64,000 bases of DNA from contig JAWAWX010000001.1 of NCBI GenBank assembly GCA_038897215.1, positions 608,001 to 672,000 on the forward strand. Reading direction: 5' to 3'. Below the pieces are notes generated by a model. The model was not told the DNA's origin. It did no database searches and was given only the letters and a program-made list of their open reading frames with translations. This stretch comes from Acidilobaceae archaeon. GTDB taxonomy: Archaea > Thermoproteota > Thermoprotei_A > Sulfolobales > Acidilobaceae. Each line of letters begins with the position of its first letter. Within the stretch, counting starts at the first letter, position 1. This document shows, piece after piece, positions 10,108 through 19,314 of this stretch. The position numbers and the translations under genes were made by a program.

Positions 10108-11265
10108 CTAGAAGACGCTCAAGCCAAGAGGCTCGAGTCGCTTCAAGAGATGCTTCTCTAGCTCCGCACCCGTCTTGTAGTATTTTAGTAGGAGCTTGTC
10201 CCCCCTCTCTAGCACTATGCCCGGGCTCGGGGGGACTAGCCAGTCGCTCTTAGCTTTCTTGTATACTGCCACCACGACGAAGCCTTGGTCCTCTAAGTCT
10301 AGCTTGCTCAGCTCTACGGGGTCTTCGCGAGTGTAGGATACCTTGAGGTAGGCTTCTTCACCCATCTCTACGGCTTTGCCCAAGACCTCAGAGACTTCTC
10401 TCTTTAGCACCACGCTAGCGAGCTTGTAGGCGGCGTCTCCGATCTCCTCTAGGCTCTTTATGAAGACAGCTAGGCTGACCACGTCTCTAGAGGGGGCTGA
10501 GTAGGAGTGCTCCATGACGCCCTCGAGGCTCTCGTAGTACAGCTTGTCTACGTAGTCTTCTAGCTCCACAACGCTCGAAGCTATCTCCACATCGTCCTCT
10601 ATAAGAGCGTAGAAGGACATATCGAGCATAGCGTCTAGAGAGAGCTTCAAGCTCTTCACGCTATCAGCCAGCCTATCTCCAGCTCTAGAGAGAGCCGCTA
10701 CTTCCTGAGAGCACTTCTCGACGTTGATAGGCTCCCCTAGCTCTCTCGAGAGCTGCTCTATCTCATCCACGGGCCCTCTGACCACGAGGAGGTCTCCCTC
10801 CATAACGCTAGAGACCTCGGGAGCCAGCAGGTACCTCTCTCCTCTCTTGATCAAGAGCACGTCGACGAGAGCCGAGAGAGGCCAGGAGGAGTCCCGCTTG
10901 CTCCTCAGCGGGAAAACCGCTTCGCCCATGCAGGAGGCAGCAGTGATGTAGGGGTGCGGAGGGTAGCCTCTGAGAACAGCTGTAGCCAGGTCTCCGGACG
11001 CGTTGCTTATACTGTCTAGAGCCGAGGCCACGCCGACTATCCCGTGGATCATCCTCGGAGAGCCGCCTACTCTCAGAGCCTGGAAGGTTCTCTCTATCAG
11101 CCGCCTGGACAGACTGTCGACCACGTCTTCTATCATGAGTACTTCGAGCGCTGCAACGCTATCGTTGAACGCTAGAGAGTACACTGCTAGGTCGAAAGCT
11201 GTGCTCGAGTACCGCCTCAGCTGAGCTAGGAGGCCTCTAACGGTCTCCTCGTGTAGTTCGCTCAA
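10108..11265 (-). CDS. PhoU / TrkA-C (RCK_C) domain protein
   Basis: Two PhoU-like helical repeats (DLAVYSL..EDVVD; DMSFYAL..EDYVD), each followed by a TrkA-C-like GD.L segment. Confidence 0.75.
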   Translation of the reverse strand: MSELHEETVRGLLAQLRRYSSTAFDLAVYSLAFNDSVAALEVLMIEDVVDSLSRRLIERTFQALRVGGSPRMIHGIVGVASALDSISNASGDLATAVLRGYPPHPYITAASCMGEAVFPLRSKRDSSWPLSALVDVLLIKRGERYLLAPEVSSVMEGDLLVVRGPVDEIEQLSRELGEPINVEKCSQEVAALSRAGDRLADSVKSLKLSLDAMLDMSFYALIEDDVEIASSVVELEDYVDKLYYESLEGVMEHSYSAPSRDVVSLAVFIKSLEEIGDAAYKLASVVLKREVSEVLGKAVEMGEEAYLKVSYTREDPVELSKLDLEDQGFVVVAVYKKAKSDWLVPPSPGIVLERGDKLLLKYYKTGAELEKHLLKRLEPLGLSVF

Positions 11266-11746
11266 TAGAGGGCTCTCCCCGATCTCCTCGGCTAAGTAGA
11301 CAGTATAAAACTAGCGCTGCTTCAGCGACTGGGCCCAGCCTGCTCCCCGCCTTCTTGACGTACACGGGGGTCCCGTAGGCTAGCTCGCTAGCAGAGAAAT
11401 CGGGGTCTCCTCCGTTGAAGACCACGAGGACTCTACCGCTGTAAACCGGGGGGTTAAAGGGGTCTATGAACTCTCTAGCGTGCCCGTGGCTGACGAGGAG
11501 GACGGAGTCTGGCTTAAGTAGCTCCAGCGCGTCGGGCAGGTCTTGGAGCACCAGGAAGCTACCTCCAGCTCTCAGAGCTAGCCTCATAGCCTCAGGGATC
11601 CCCGATTGAGCAGCAGCCCCGTAGACCTTCGTAGCCACGAATACCCTCAAGCCGAGCCCGTAGACGAGCCTCGCTGCATCGACCAGTCTCTGAACGCTAC
11701 TCACGTTGTGCAAGAGAGCGACCAGCTCCGCCAACTCCCTCACCAC
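11237..11746 (-). CDS. DUF2122/COG4080 protein (SPOUT-like; often mislabelled RecB nuclease)
   Basis: LHNVSSVQRLVD...KVYGAAAQSGIPEA...L.DLPDALELLKPD pattern. Confidence 0.75.
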   Translation of the reverse strand: MVRELAELVALLHNVSSVQRLVDAARLVYGLGLRVFVATKVYGAAAQSGIPEAMRLALRAGGSFLVLQDLPDALELLKPDSVLLVSHGHAREFIDPFNPPVYSGRVLVVFNGGDPDFSASELAYGTPVYVKKAGSRLGPVAEAALVLYCLLSRGDRGEPSIERTTRGDR

Positions 11747-11810
11747 CAGTCGAGAGCGCGGAGGAGAGCCTCTATAAACGCGTAGAGCTAAATGCTCTCC
11801 GAGGACCTCT

Positions 11811-12557
11811 CTAGAGGCTCTTAGCTCGAGCGCTCGGAGAGCAGACGGGGCAGTTGGGGCTTCTCGCTACCGGTATCTCCGAGAACTCAGCGTTGTAGCC
11901 ATCGTACACTATCAGCTTCCCTAGTGCTGGCTTACCGTAGCCCGTCAAGATCTTTATCGCTTCAGCAACCTGCAGCATAGCCATGACTCCTGCTGTTGTC
12001 CCCAAGATCGGCGTCCTCTCCTCCTCTCTCGGAGGCTTGGGCACTATGCAGCTGAGACAGGGGGTCTTCTCGGGGACTACTACGAGGAGCTGGCCCCAGA
12101 GTCCTCTGACTCCAGCGTGGATGAGGGGCTTCCTGTGCTCTACTGAGGCTTTGTTGAGAGCTAGCCTGGTCTCCCAGTTGTCTAGACAATCTAGCGCGAG
12201 ATCAGCCTCTCCTACTAGCTCGTATAGTAGCCTCTCGTCGGCTCTAGCAGTCACAGTCTTCACGGAGACGTGGGGGTTGAGCTCTCTCAGCTTCTCAGCG
12301 GCAACCTCAGTCTTGAGTCTACCCAGGTCTCTAGTCGAGTAGAGCACCTGTCTGTTGAGATTACTCAACTCTACTCTCTCCGAGTCTACGAGAACAAGCT
12401 CCCCGACGCCAGCAGCAGCCAAGTACATAGCGGCAGGAGAGCCGAGTCCTCCCAAGCCGACTACGAGAACCCGCGACTTCTTGAGCTTCTCCTGAGCCTC
12501 TACTCCGAATAGCCTCAGCTGTCTATCGTACCGCTCTAGCTCGATACTCGTGAGCAA
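11811..12557 (-). CDS. ThiF/MoeB/UbaA E1-like adenylating enzyme
   Basis: RYDRQ, GLGGLGS, SNLNRQ, CLDN and two CxxC zinc motifs. Confidence 0.92.
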   Translation of the reverse strand: MLTSIELERYDRQLRLFGVEAQEKLKKSRVLVVGLGGLGSPAAMYLAAAGVGELVLVDSERVELSNLNRQVLYSTRDLGRLKTEVAAEKLRELNPHVSVKTVTARADERLLYELVGEADLALDCLDNWETRLALNKASVEHRKPLIHAGVRGLWGQLLVVVPEKTPCLSCIVPKPPREEERTPILGTTAGVMAMLQVAEAIKILTGYGKPALGKLIVYDGYNAEFSEIPVARSPNCPVCSPSARAKSL

Positions 12558-12591
12558 AAGCGAGCCCTCCTCCTCTTCCAGTAGATGAGGC

Positions 12592-13572
12592 TTATAACGC
12601 CTGGTCTTGAGCGAGAGCTACGGCTACGTAGTCGGCTATAGCTCTAGCGAGAGGAGGCGGGACAGCCTCTCCCACCATGTCGTACTGGAGGTCTCTGCTA
12701 CCCAGGAAGACGTGATAGTCTGGGAACCCCATGAGTCTCGCCTGCTCTCTCACAGTCAGAAGCCTGTCCTCGTAGGGGTGGATGAATCTAGAGGATCCCA
12801 TGACCGTGGGGGCTCTCCTCCTGGGGTCGAGTCTCACGTAGTTGGGGTGTCTGCGCCTAGCTCCCTCAAAGTATAGGAGCGCCTCACCCCACCTCAGCTT
12901 AGAGACTCTAGCTCTCATCCTCCTCGAGAGCTCCTGAGGATACTCGTGGTTAGGAGGGTAGCTGGAGCCTGGTGGAGGCAAGTCTCTTAGAGCCTCCTCT
13001 ACGCTAGGCCCCGGCTTCTTAGGAGGCTTTATCTTGAGGTTCGAGACGAACACTCTAGTCCTCACGCTGGGAGAGCCGTAGTCCTCGGCTCTCAGCACGT
13101 TGAAGTAGACTCTGGGGTAACCTACTCTCTCCAGCTCTCTCCTAATACTCTCCGCTATCGGGGGCTCCATCACTCCTCTAACGTTCTCTATCACGAAGAC
13201 TCTAGGCTTTAGGTCTCCTATCAGTCTAATAGCGTGGAGGAAGAGCTGCCCTATCGGATCACTGTAGAGTCTGTCGAGCGGATCCCTCATCCTCCTAGGG
13301 TTAGCTTCTGTAAACGGCTCGCAGGGAGGGCTCGCTATCACCACATCTACTTCTCCTCGAGAAACCCCCAGGAGGCTCTTGAGTAGAGAGTAGTCTACAT
13401 CCTTGACGTCTTCAGCGAGCACTAGAGCCTCGGGGAAGTTGGCTTTATATGTTCTAGCTACGGGAGGGTTATTCTCTATCGCTGCTAGAACCCGGAACCC
13501 TGCCTCGACGAAGCCTCTACTATAGCCTCCTCCTCCCGCGAAGACGTCAATGAGAGTATAGGTTTCTCTCAT
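12592..13572 (-). CDS. Orphan C5-cytosine methyltransferase (Dcm/DNMT family)
   Basis: Motifs I (DVFAGGGG), IV (SPPCEPF), VI (ENVRG), VIII (RTRVF) and IX-X (REQARLMGFPD; GEAVPP). Confidence 0.9.
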   Translation of the reverse strand: MRETYTLIDVFAGGGGYSRGFVEAGFRVLAAIENNPPVARTYKANFPEALVLAEDVKDVDYSLLKSLLGVSRGEVDVVIASPPCEPFTEANPRRMRDPLDRLYSDPIGQLFLHAIRLIGDLKPRVFVIENVRGVMEPPIAESIRRELERVGYPRVYFNVLRAEDYGSPSVRTRVFVSNLKIKPPKKPGPSVEEALRDLPPPGSSYPPNHEYPQELSRRMRARVSKLRWGEALLYFEGARRRHPNYVRLDPRRRAPTVMGSSRFIHPYEDRLLTVREQARLMGFPDYHVFLGSRDLQYDMVGEAVPPPLARAIADYVAVALAQDQAL

Positions 13573-14110
13573 CCTCCGCTATCTCCTCTTCCAAAATTTT
13601 GATATACTTAGCTAGCTTCTCAGCATGACTGCTCCTAGACGCTTCTAGAGGAGCACCGCACTGAGGGCACGCGAAGTCGTTATCGAAAGCCTCCTGTAAC
13701 GTGTAGCGAGACCCGTCTAGAGGGCACGTGAACCACTCTGTCTCAGTCTCGCTAGCTAGCTTCTCTTTGAGCTTCTCGAGGGTCAGCTTCTTCCTCTTGA
13801 GTAGATTAAAGTTTAGAGCATCGCTGTCTACGTACCAGACGTATCTCAACATATCCTGCTTGAAGTCTCTCTCCTTTCTCAACTCTATCAGTCTAGCTTC
13901 GTAGAGCATTCTGAGGACTTTGCGGACCTCTATCTGCCTCAAGCCTGTAAGCTCTTCTATCTCGCTATCGCTTAGCCCGCCTTTCTCGCTATGGACTAGT
14001 ATCAGTCTGAAGATGTTGAGAGCTAGAGATGGGTCTATCTCGCTGTTCTCAAACACTCTGATCACCAGCTCTTCCACGAGTTTTGACGCATCAGCAGGCT
14101 CTCTACTCAT
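13547..14110 (-). CDS. tfe: Transcription factor E (TFIIE-alpha)
   Basis: wHTH with [11 protein letters not shown] and Y.W, zinc ribbon CPLD...CPQCG, conserved gene context. Confidence 0.88.
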   Translation of the reverse strand: MSREPADASKLVEELVIRVFENSEIDPSLALNIFRLILVHSEKGGLSDSEIEELTGLRQIEVRKVLRMLYEARLIELRKERDFKQDMLRYVWYVDSDALNFNLLKRKKLTLEKLKEKLASETETEWFTCPLDGSRYTLQEAFDNDFACPQCGAPLEASRSSHAEKLAKYIKILEEEIAEDERNLYSH

Positions 14111-14655
14111 ACTCGTAGCACCCTCTTGCCTCTCTCTGAGGGGATTATCTTGAGTCTAGCTCCTTCAAAGTATATCCTAGACCAGGAGCCCCTATAAAGC
14201 CTATCGAGAAATAGAGCTAGAGCAGAGACCTCGCTGTGAGGCTGGCTCCCCACTGCTACGTTGTAGTCTGAGTTCTCGTAGAAGAACCTCTCCACCTTCT
14301 CAGCGCCGACTACTACCAGCTTGGGTTTAGGAGACGACCTTATCTCCTCGATCACATCGTCTAAAGCGAGACCATACATGGTCAGATGGATGACCTCCCC
14401 GCCACTAGACCTCCACGAGGAGACATAGCTCTTGCTGCTTACACCACACTCTAGGTGCATCGAGCCCCCCCAAGTCTTCAAGACTTTCTTCAAGCTAGCG
14501 ATCACGCCTTCGTCACAGACGTCTCCTAAAATGAATCCATTAGCTCCAAAAGCTCTAGCTACTAGCCCTACGTGAGTAGTTACTCGCTCGTCTCTCCCGG
14601 GTCTGTGCCCGATTCTTAGAACGTAGACTCTACCATAGAGACTAGCCGGGTGCAA
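14107..14655 (-). CDS. trm56: tRNA (cytidine56-2'-O)-methyltransferase
   Basis: [48 protein letters not shown]. Confidence 0.95.
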   Translation of the reverse strand: MHPASLYGRVYVLRIGHRPGRDERVTTHVGLVARAFGANGFILGDVCDEGVIASLKKVLKTWGGSMHLECGVSSKSYVSSWRSSGGEVIHLTMYGLALDDVIEEIRSSPKPKLVVVGAEKVERFFYENSDYNVAVGSQPHSEVSALALFLDRLYRGSWSRIYFEGARLKIIPSERGKRVLRV

Positions 14656-15790
14656 TCTTCTCGAGCCCTCTAGCGGCCTCTCTTCTAGCGCGTGCAGCGA
14701 TTAGGTTCTCGACTGCTACTAGGAGCTCCTCTAAGCCTAACCCCTTCAAGGCCGATATCTTCACGATTCTGTAGTCTACTCTCCTCTTAGAGCACGCTTC
14801 CTCGATTACTCTAACTCTCTCCTCGAGCTCCTCTAGGGAGACCTTGTCTATCTTGTTGGCTGCCACTATTATCGGGATGCCTATAGCCTCGATCCTGGAT
14901 AGCACGTCTAGCCCTGCTTCTACCTTCTCTCTAAGCAATCTAGAGTCTTCTGAGACGTCTACAACGAAGATGATCACGCTAGCTAGCCTCACCTCCTCGA
15001 GAACAGCGTGGAATGCCTCGATGATCTCGGGGGGCACGTCTCTTATGAAGCCAACGGTGTCTACGAACACTACCTTCTTGCCGTTTATGACTCTAGAGGA
15101 GTGCTTAGTGTGGAGAGTAGTGAAGTACTCCTCGCCAGTAGGCTCTCTCTCCCCCGTCACGGCGTTGAAGAGCGTAGTCTTCCCGGCTGAAGCATAGCCC
15201 ACTATAGCCACGTGGGGTAGCCCGAGGCTTATCCTGGAGAGAGCTCTACTCCTCCTCATCTCCCTCAGTCTCTCCAGCTCTTCTCTTAGCTTAGCCAGCC
15301 TGCTAGTCAGATGCCTGTAGTAGCTGTCTGTAGCGTAGCCTCCAGAGCCCAGGAATCCGGGGAGTTCTCCCAGCTTCTTCCTCCTAATCAGCTCTCTCAC
15401 TAGAGGCAGCTCGTGCCTCAGCCTAGCTATCTCTATCTGGAGTAGCGCTTCTCTGCTACCAGCGTGCTTCATGAAGATCTCCAGTATGAGCATCACTCTA
15501 TCCAGAACCCTGACTCCCATCTCTTTAGCGATCTTGAAGAAAGAGGAGGGCTTGAGATTCCCGTAGAATATCAGCGCTTGAGGCTTCTCCTCTCGCGCTG
15601 ACTCCACGATTTCCTCGAGAAGCCCCCTCCCGACACCCCAAGAGTATCTCGTCTTCCATACTCTAATCACTCTATACCCGGCTATTTCAGCTAAGACGAG
15701 CGCTTCTCCTAGCTGGCTCGCTTTGACTTTCGGTATCACGAGATACGCTTTCAGCCAGCTATCTTCTCTCCTCCTCTTCTCTCCTAACAA
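14642..15790 (-). CDS. hflX: GTPase HflX
   Basis: LILEIF..HA..REA.LQ; GYASAGKTT; DTVGFI; NKID. Confidence 0.93.
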   Translation of the reverse strand: MLGEKRRREDSWLKAYLVIPKVKASQLGEALVLAEIAGYRVIRVWKTRYSWGVGRGLLEEIVESAREEKPQALIFYGNLKPSSFFKIAKEMGVRVLDRVMLILEIFMKHAGSREALLQIEIARLRHELPLVRELIRRKKLGELPGFLGSGGYATDSYYRHLTSRLAKLREELERLREMRRSRALSRISLGLPHVAIVGYASAGKTTLFNAVTGEREPTGEEYFTTLHTKHSSRVINGKKVVFVDTVGFIRDVPPEIIEAFHAVLEEVRLASVIIFVVDVSEDSRLLREKVEAGLDVLSRIEAIGIPIIVAANKIDKVSLEELEERVRVIEEACSKRRVDYRIVKISALKGLGLEELLVAVENLIAARARREAARGLEKIAPG

Positions 15791-16268
15791 CCACCACCTC
15801 TCCTAGAGTAGCTCCTCGAGAGTACGGCTTCTCCTCGAGTAGAGGCTCTTCTTCCGTAGCCACTAGGATCTTGACTCCTAGAACTCTCTCTATCCTCTTA
15901 GCTAAATCGATTGGCGGCTTGTACTTCTCGCTCTCTATCCTCCTCACTACCTCAGCGCTAACTCTAAGCCTCTGAGCTAGCGCTTCTACCGTGAGACCCC
16001 TCTTCTCTCTAGCTCTCCTCACTAGGTCTCCATAGCCTTCTACCAGGTCGAGGCTCTCCACGCTTCTAGCTCTAGAGGTCTGTCTAGTGAGCTGGCGTGG
16101 AGGAGTCTCTCTCTTCTCCTCTCTGACTACCACAGCCCTCCTGCCGAGTCTCTCAAGGCAAGCCGGGCATATCCTCAGCTCGGCTTCGTCTACGCGAGCT
16201 CTAACAGTCTTCTCCACGCTCTTCCCGCAGATCTCGCACACTTCTCGAGTCATGTAGACTCCGCGCAC
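15759..16268 (-). CDS. mbf1: Multiprotein bridging factor aMBF1 (likely start ATG 16253)
   Basis: CEICG..CPAC zinc ribbon, HTH and the TLGE motif. Confidence 0.9.
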   Translation of the reverse strand: MRGVYMTREVCEICGKSVEKTVRARVDEAELRICPACLERLGRRAVVVREEKRETPPRQLTRQTSRARSVESLDLVEGYGDLVRRAREKRGLTVEALAQRLRVSAEVVRRIESEKYKPPIDLAKRIERVLGVKILVATEEEPLLEEKPYSRGATLGEVVVVRREEEERR

Positions 16269-16351
16269 CGTGCTAACAGAGTTCTACTTGGGGGTATTAA
16301 TTGGTTCTCCCAATAAAAACCCCTTCTCGAGCATCTATCTGAAGGGGTTGA

Positions 16352-17497
16352 GTGCAACCGGGTCATGTTCAGGCGAGCGAGACCGATATCCTTAGAGAGA
16401 AGGTTAGATTCTTGACTCAAGCTAAGCTAGCTCTAGAGCGCGACCTAGAGTACTATAAGAACGAGGTGTCTAAACTCCTCTCTCCTCCACTCATCGAGGC
16501 TACTGTGATCGACGTGATCGACTCTGATAGAGTAATAGTTCGGAGTAGCTCTGGCCCCAACCTCTTAGTGAATGTTGCTAGCAACGTGGATAGAGGGAAG
16601 CTGAAGCCCGGGGTAGCTGTAGTCTTGAATAGCAGAGGCTCGACTATAGTGGACGTGCTCCCCGATAGAGTAGACCCTCTAGTCTCGGTCTTCGTGGTCG
16701 AAGAGGCTCCAAGCGTGACATTTGAAGACGTGGGGGGACTGGACTCTCAGCTTAGGGAGATCTACGAGGCAGTCATACTCCCCCTCAAGAACCCTCAGGT
16801 CTTCGTGGATATGGGGATAGAGCCTCCTAAAGGCGTCCTTTTCCACGGCCCCCCCGGGACTGGGAAGACTCTAGTGGCTAGAGCTATAGCTCGAGAAGCT
16901 GGAGCTACATTCATCAGCTTGAGTGCTAGTAGTCTTCTCAGCAAGTTCGTGGGCGAGGGAGCTCGGCTCGTTAGAGAGCTCTTCAAGCTAGCTAGAGCCA
17001 AGGCTCCATCGATAGTGTTCATAGACGAGATAGACGCAATCGGGGGCCGTAGAGTAGAGGTGGGGACTAGCGGGGAGAGAGAGGTTCACAGAACTCTCGC
17101 TCAGCTCCTAGTAGAGCTAGACGGCTTCTCGCCTCTATCCAACGTGAGGATACTAGCGGCTACGAACAGGCTAGACGCTCTAGACCCTGCTCTCCTCAGA
17201 CCGGGGAGATTCGATAAGCTCATAGAGTTCCCCCTGCCCGACAAGAAGGGGAGACTCTCTATCCTCAGGATACACACGAGAAGAGTCCCTCTAGCGCCAG
17301 ACGTGGACCTTGAGGAGATAGCAGCGACCACAGAGGGCTTCAGCGGAGCGGAGCTCAAGCTACTAGTCGTGGAGGCAGCATACAACGCTATCAGGAGACA
17401 CTCTAAGATAGTTACAGCAGAAGACTTTAAAGTAGCTATAGAGAAAGTGAAGACAACGAGAAGCAAGAAGTATCAGGAGAGCTCTCTAACCTACTAG
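16352..17497 (+). CDS. pan: Proteasome-activating nucleotidase
   Basis: Coiled coil, OB fold and AAA+ domain (GPPGTGKT, FIDEID, LLRPGRFD). Confidence 0.93.
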   Translation: MQPGHVQASETDILREKVRFLTQAKLALERDLEYYKNEVSKLLSPPLIEATVIDVIDSDRVIVRSSSGPNLLVNVASNVDRGKLKPGVAVVLNSRGSTIVDVLPDRVDPLVSVFVVEEAPSVTFEDVGGLDSQLREIYEAVILPLKNPQVFVDMGIEPPKGVLFHGPPGTGKTLVARAIAREAGATFISLSASSLLSKFVGEGARLVRELFKLARAKAPSIVFIDEIDAIGGRRVEVGTSGEREVHRTLAQLLVELDGFSPLSNVRILAATNRLDALDPALLRPGRFDKLIEFPLPDKKGRLSILRIHTRRVPLAPDVDLEEIAATTEGFSGAELKLLVVEAAYNAIRRHSKIVTAEDFKVAIEKVKTTRSKKYQESSLTY

Positions 17498-17579
17498 CGT
17501 CCAGCGTCTAGAGACCTTGGGATAGCGTGTAGAAGAGGGGAAAACCTCCCGCTCTCATAGTATCTCGGGGGTCTCCGTA

Positions 17580-17819
17580 TTGTCTAGTAGAGGCGGCAAG
17601 ATCTCATTCATCAAGATCTATGCTCTCAACCACAAGCCCTCTTCCGGCTGCAACTTCTTCAGCGTGGAGGAGAAGCAGGGAGTCTACGTGGCTCGCTGTT
17701 CTCTCTTAGAGCACTACATACCGAGCCCCAGTGTTCACAAGTGTGAGAGCTTGTGGGAGCACTGCCCCTATAGGAGACTCTACTTCCAGGTGATGGGGGA
17801 GCGCCAGCCTCTAGCATGA
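17580..17819 (+). CDS. Small 4-Cys putative metal-binding protein
   Basis: CNFF...C...C...CPY pattern; GGGGG SD. Confidence 0.7.
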   Translation: MSSRGGKISFIKIYALNHKPSSGCNFFSVEEKQGVYVARCSLLEHYIPSPSVHKCESLWEHCPYRRLYFQVMGERQPLA

Positions 17820-17932
17820 TAGTCCGCTTAGGCTTAGCTTCTAGGAGTGGTTGAGAGCTCCCTCTAGGCCTCTCTTGGAGACAAGGTGGTTATCGAGAAT
17901 CGCGGGTCTCGCGTGTCGCGCTAATCGACTGA

Positions 17933-18244
17933 CTATATCAGAAACGCTTGGCTCACCACGTCCTGGAAGTCTCTAGGTAAGCTCTTACCTCTCTCTTTAT
18001 AGTACTTGTAGGCTTTCTCTAAGAACTTTACGAGAGTGGGGCAGTTCTCGAACCTCCCTTCTCTAGGGCACTTCTCCTGTCTGCCTTCTATGTTGATCGA
18101 GATGAGGCACATCACTGTCTTCTTGTCGAAGTAGGGGCAGAGCTTGTGGTACTTCTTAGCAGACTTCATCATAACCGAGACCCACCTCTTCTCCTCGCTA
18201 TCCTCCTGGCTCTCTCTGCCTGTAAGCTCGTGGAGCTTAGTCAA
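17933..18244 (-). CDS. Small 4-Cys putative metal-binding protein
   Basis: CPYF...C...C...CP pattern; GGAGGTGA SD. Confidence 0.8.
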   Translation of the reverse strand: MTKLHELTGRESQEDSEEKRWVSVMMKSAKKYHKLCPYFDKKTVMCLISINIEGRQEKCPREGRFENCPTLVKFLEKAYKYYKERGKSLPRDFQDVVSQAFLI

Positions 18245-18344
18245 GCTCTCACCTCCGAGTCTCGAGCGCTTTGTGGCGGGGATTCTTAGGTGTTACTGTG
18301 GTGCTTGGGAGATACGCTCTCAGACACGCTAGCGTCTATGGTGG

Positions 18345-18674
18345 CTAGCTACGAGGATTAGAGCCTATCTGGGTTTTGACTGGAAGAGTGAGACTGCTAG
18401 AAGAGTGCTGAGAGACTTCCAGCTACTCATGGCTTCAGCTTACGGGATCTCCGTAGATGTCGATGTGCTAGAGCTCCCAGTAGGAGAGACTGATAGCGAG
18501 GCTGAGAGCCTACCAGTAGTCTACGTGGGGGATAAGCTTCTCGCTCGAGGAGAGGTTCCAGCGATCTCGAAGCTAGTCGAGGGAGTCTTCGAGGTGCTCG
18601 AGGAGTCCCTACCTCTCCCTAAGCTCTCGGGCTTCCCCCTCCTAGCTCTCGAGAGTGAGGTAGAGGAGGGCTAG
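18345..18674 (+). CDS. Thioredoxin-like fold protein without CxxC (start uncertain: 18345, 18357 or 18405)
   Basis: Frame is open upstream of the tracked GTG (ATRIRAYLGFDWKSETARR); LPVVYVGDKLLARGEVP resembles the thioredoxin-fold C-terminus. Confidence 0.6.
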   Translation, partial: LATRIRAYLGFDWKSETARRVLRDFQLLMASAYGISVDVDVLELPVGETDSEAESLPVVYVGDKLLARGEVPAISKLVEGVFEVLEESLPLPKLSGFPLLALESEVEEG

Positions 18675-18721
18675 AGCTTATCCTCCCCCCGGGCTACAGG
18701 ATTCTACCTCTAGGGAGTGGA

Positions 18722-19216
18722 GTGGGTCTAAGCGAGAGCCAGGCTTCCAGAGTATACGCTGTTCTAGCCTACCAGTTCGGAGTAGAGGTGGCGGAGTGCT
18801 TCGCGAAGCTTGAGAGAGAGCTTGCTGTAACGCTATCGCCTAGAGGGAGGATAAGAGACGTGCTACTAGGAGGGAGGAGGATTCTGACTCTCAGACCCTC
18901 GACGGGCATGTTTGCTCTAACGCTGCTAGCGGGAGACGTGATAAGAGAGTGTGTAAAGCCCCCCAGGCATAGAGTCATAGTTGACTCCTCTAAGCTGGAT
19001 CTCATCAAAGGCTCTGTCTTGAGACCCGTGGTTATCGACCTAGACCCATCAGCTAGAGCGGGAGCAGAGGTGCTCGTTGTGAGCGAAGACGATAGACTCC
19101 TAGGAGTCGGGAAGCTAATGCTACCTCCAGCAGTAGTCAAGAGCGTCGACCGAGGCGAGGTCGTCAAGCTTAGAGAAGCCAGCTCGCTCCTCGAGAAAGC
19201 TTCGAGTAGCAAGTAG
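18722..19216 (+). CDS. Stand-alone PUA-domain protein (ArcTGT C-terminal C2/PUA-like)
   Basis: SPRGRIR...TLRP.TG...GSVL..V...D...RAG.EVLVV.EDD.LLGVG. Confidence 0.8.
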   Translation: MGLSESQASRVYAVLAYQFGVEVAECFAKLERELAVTLSPRGRIRDVLLGGRRILTLRPSTGMFALTLLAGDVIRECVKPPRHRVIVDSSKLDLIKGSVLRPVVIDLDPSARAGAEVLVVSEDDRLLGVGKLMLPPAVVKSVDRGEVVKLREASSLLEKASSSK

Positions 19217-19314
19217 AAGCCGCTGGGAAAGCTTCGGGGACTCGCTGACGACGAAGGTGTGAGAGTAGCTAGTCTGGAAACCGACAAAAACCTGGGAGTA
19301 GTGTAGGAAGCGAG

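Larger units (their letters stand above)
8809..11458. repeat. Dispersed 18-bp semi-palindromic motif, 7 copies (putative initiator-binding sites)
   Basis: 8809 GTTAACCCCCCGGTTAGA; 9068 TTTAACCGGGGAGTTAAC; 9564 GTTTACTGCCGGCTTTAC; 9584 GTTAGCTCGGCAGTAAAC; 9649 TTTTATTGCCTGCTTTAC; 10083 TTTAACCCCCCGGTTAAC; 11441 GTAAACCGGGGGGTTAAA. Confidence 0.75.

Noticed and set aside
8809-11458. CRISPR interpretation of the repeated 18-mers
   Set aside because: Irregular spacing, mixed orientation, intragenic copies and no cas genes
11237-13572. Restriction-modification pair (DUF2122 'RecB nuclease' plus Dcm)
   Set aside because: The DUF2122 protein shows no PD-(D/E)xK motif and looks SPOUT-like
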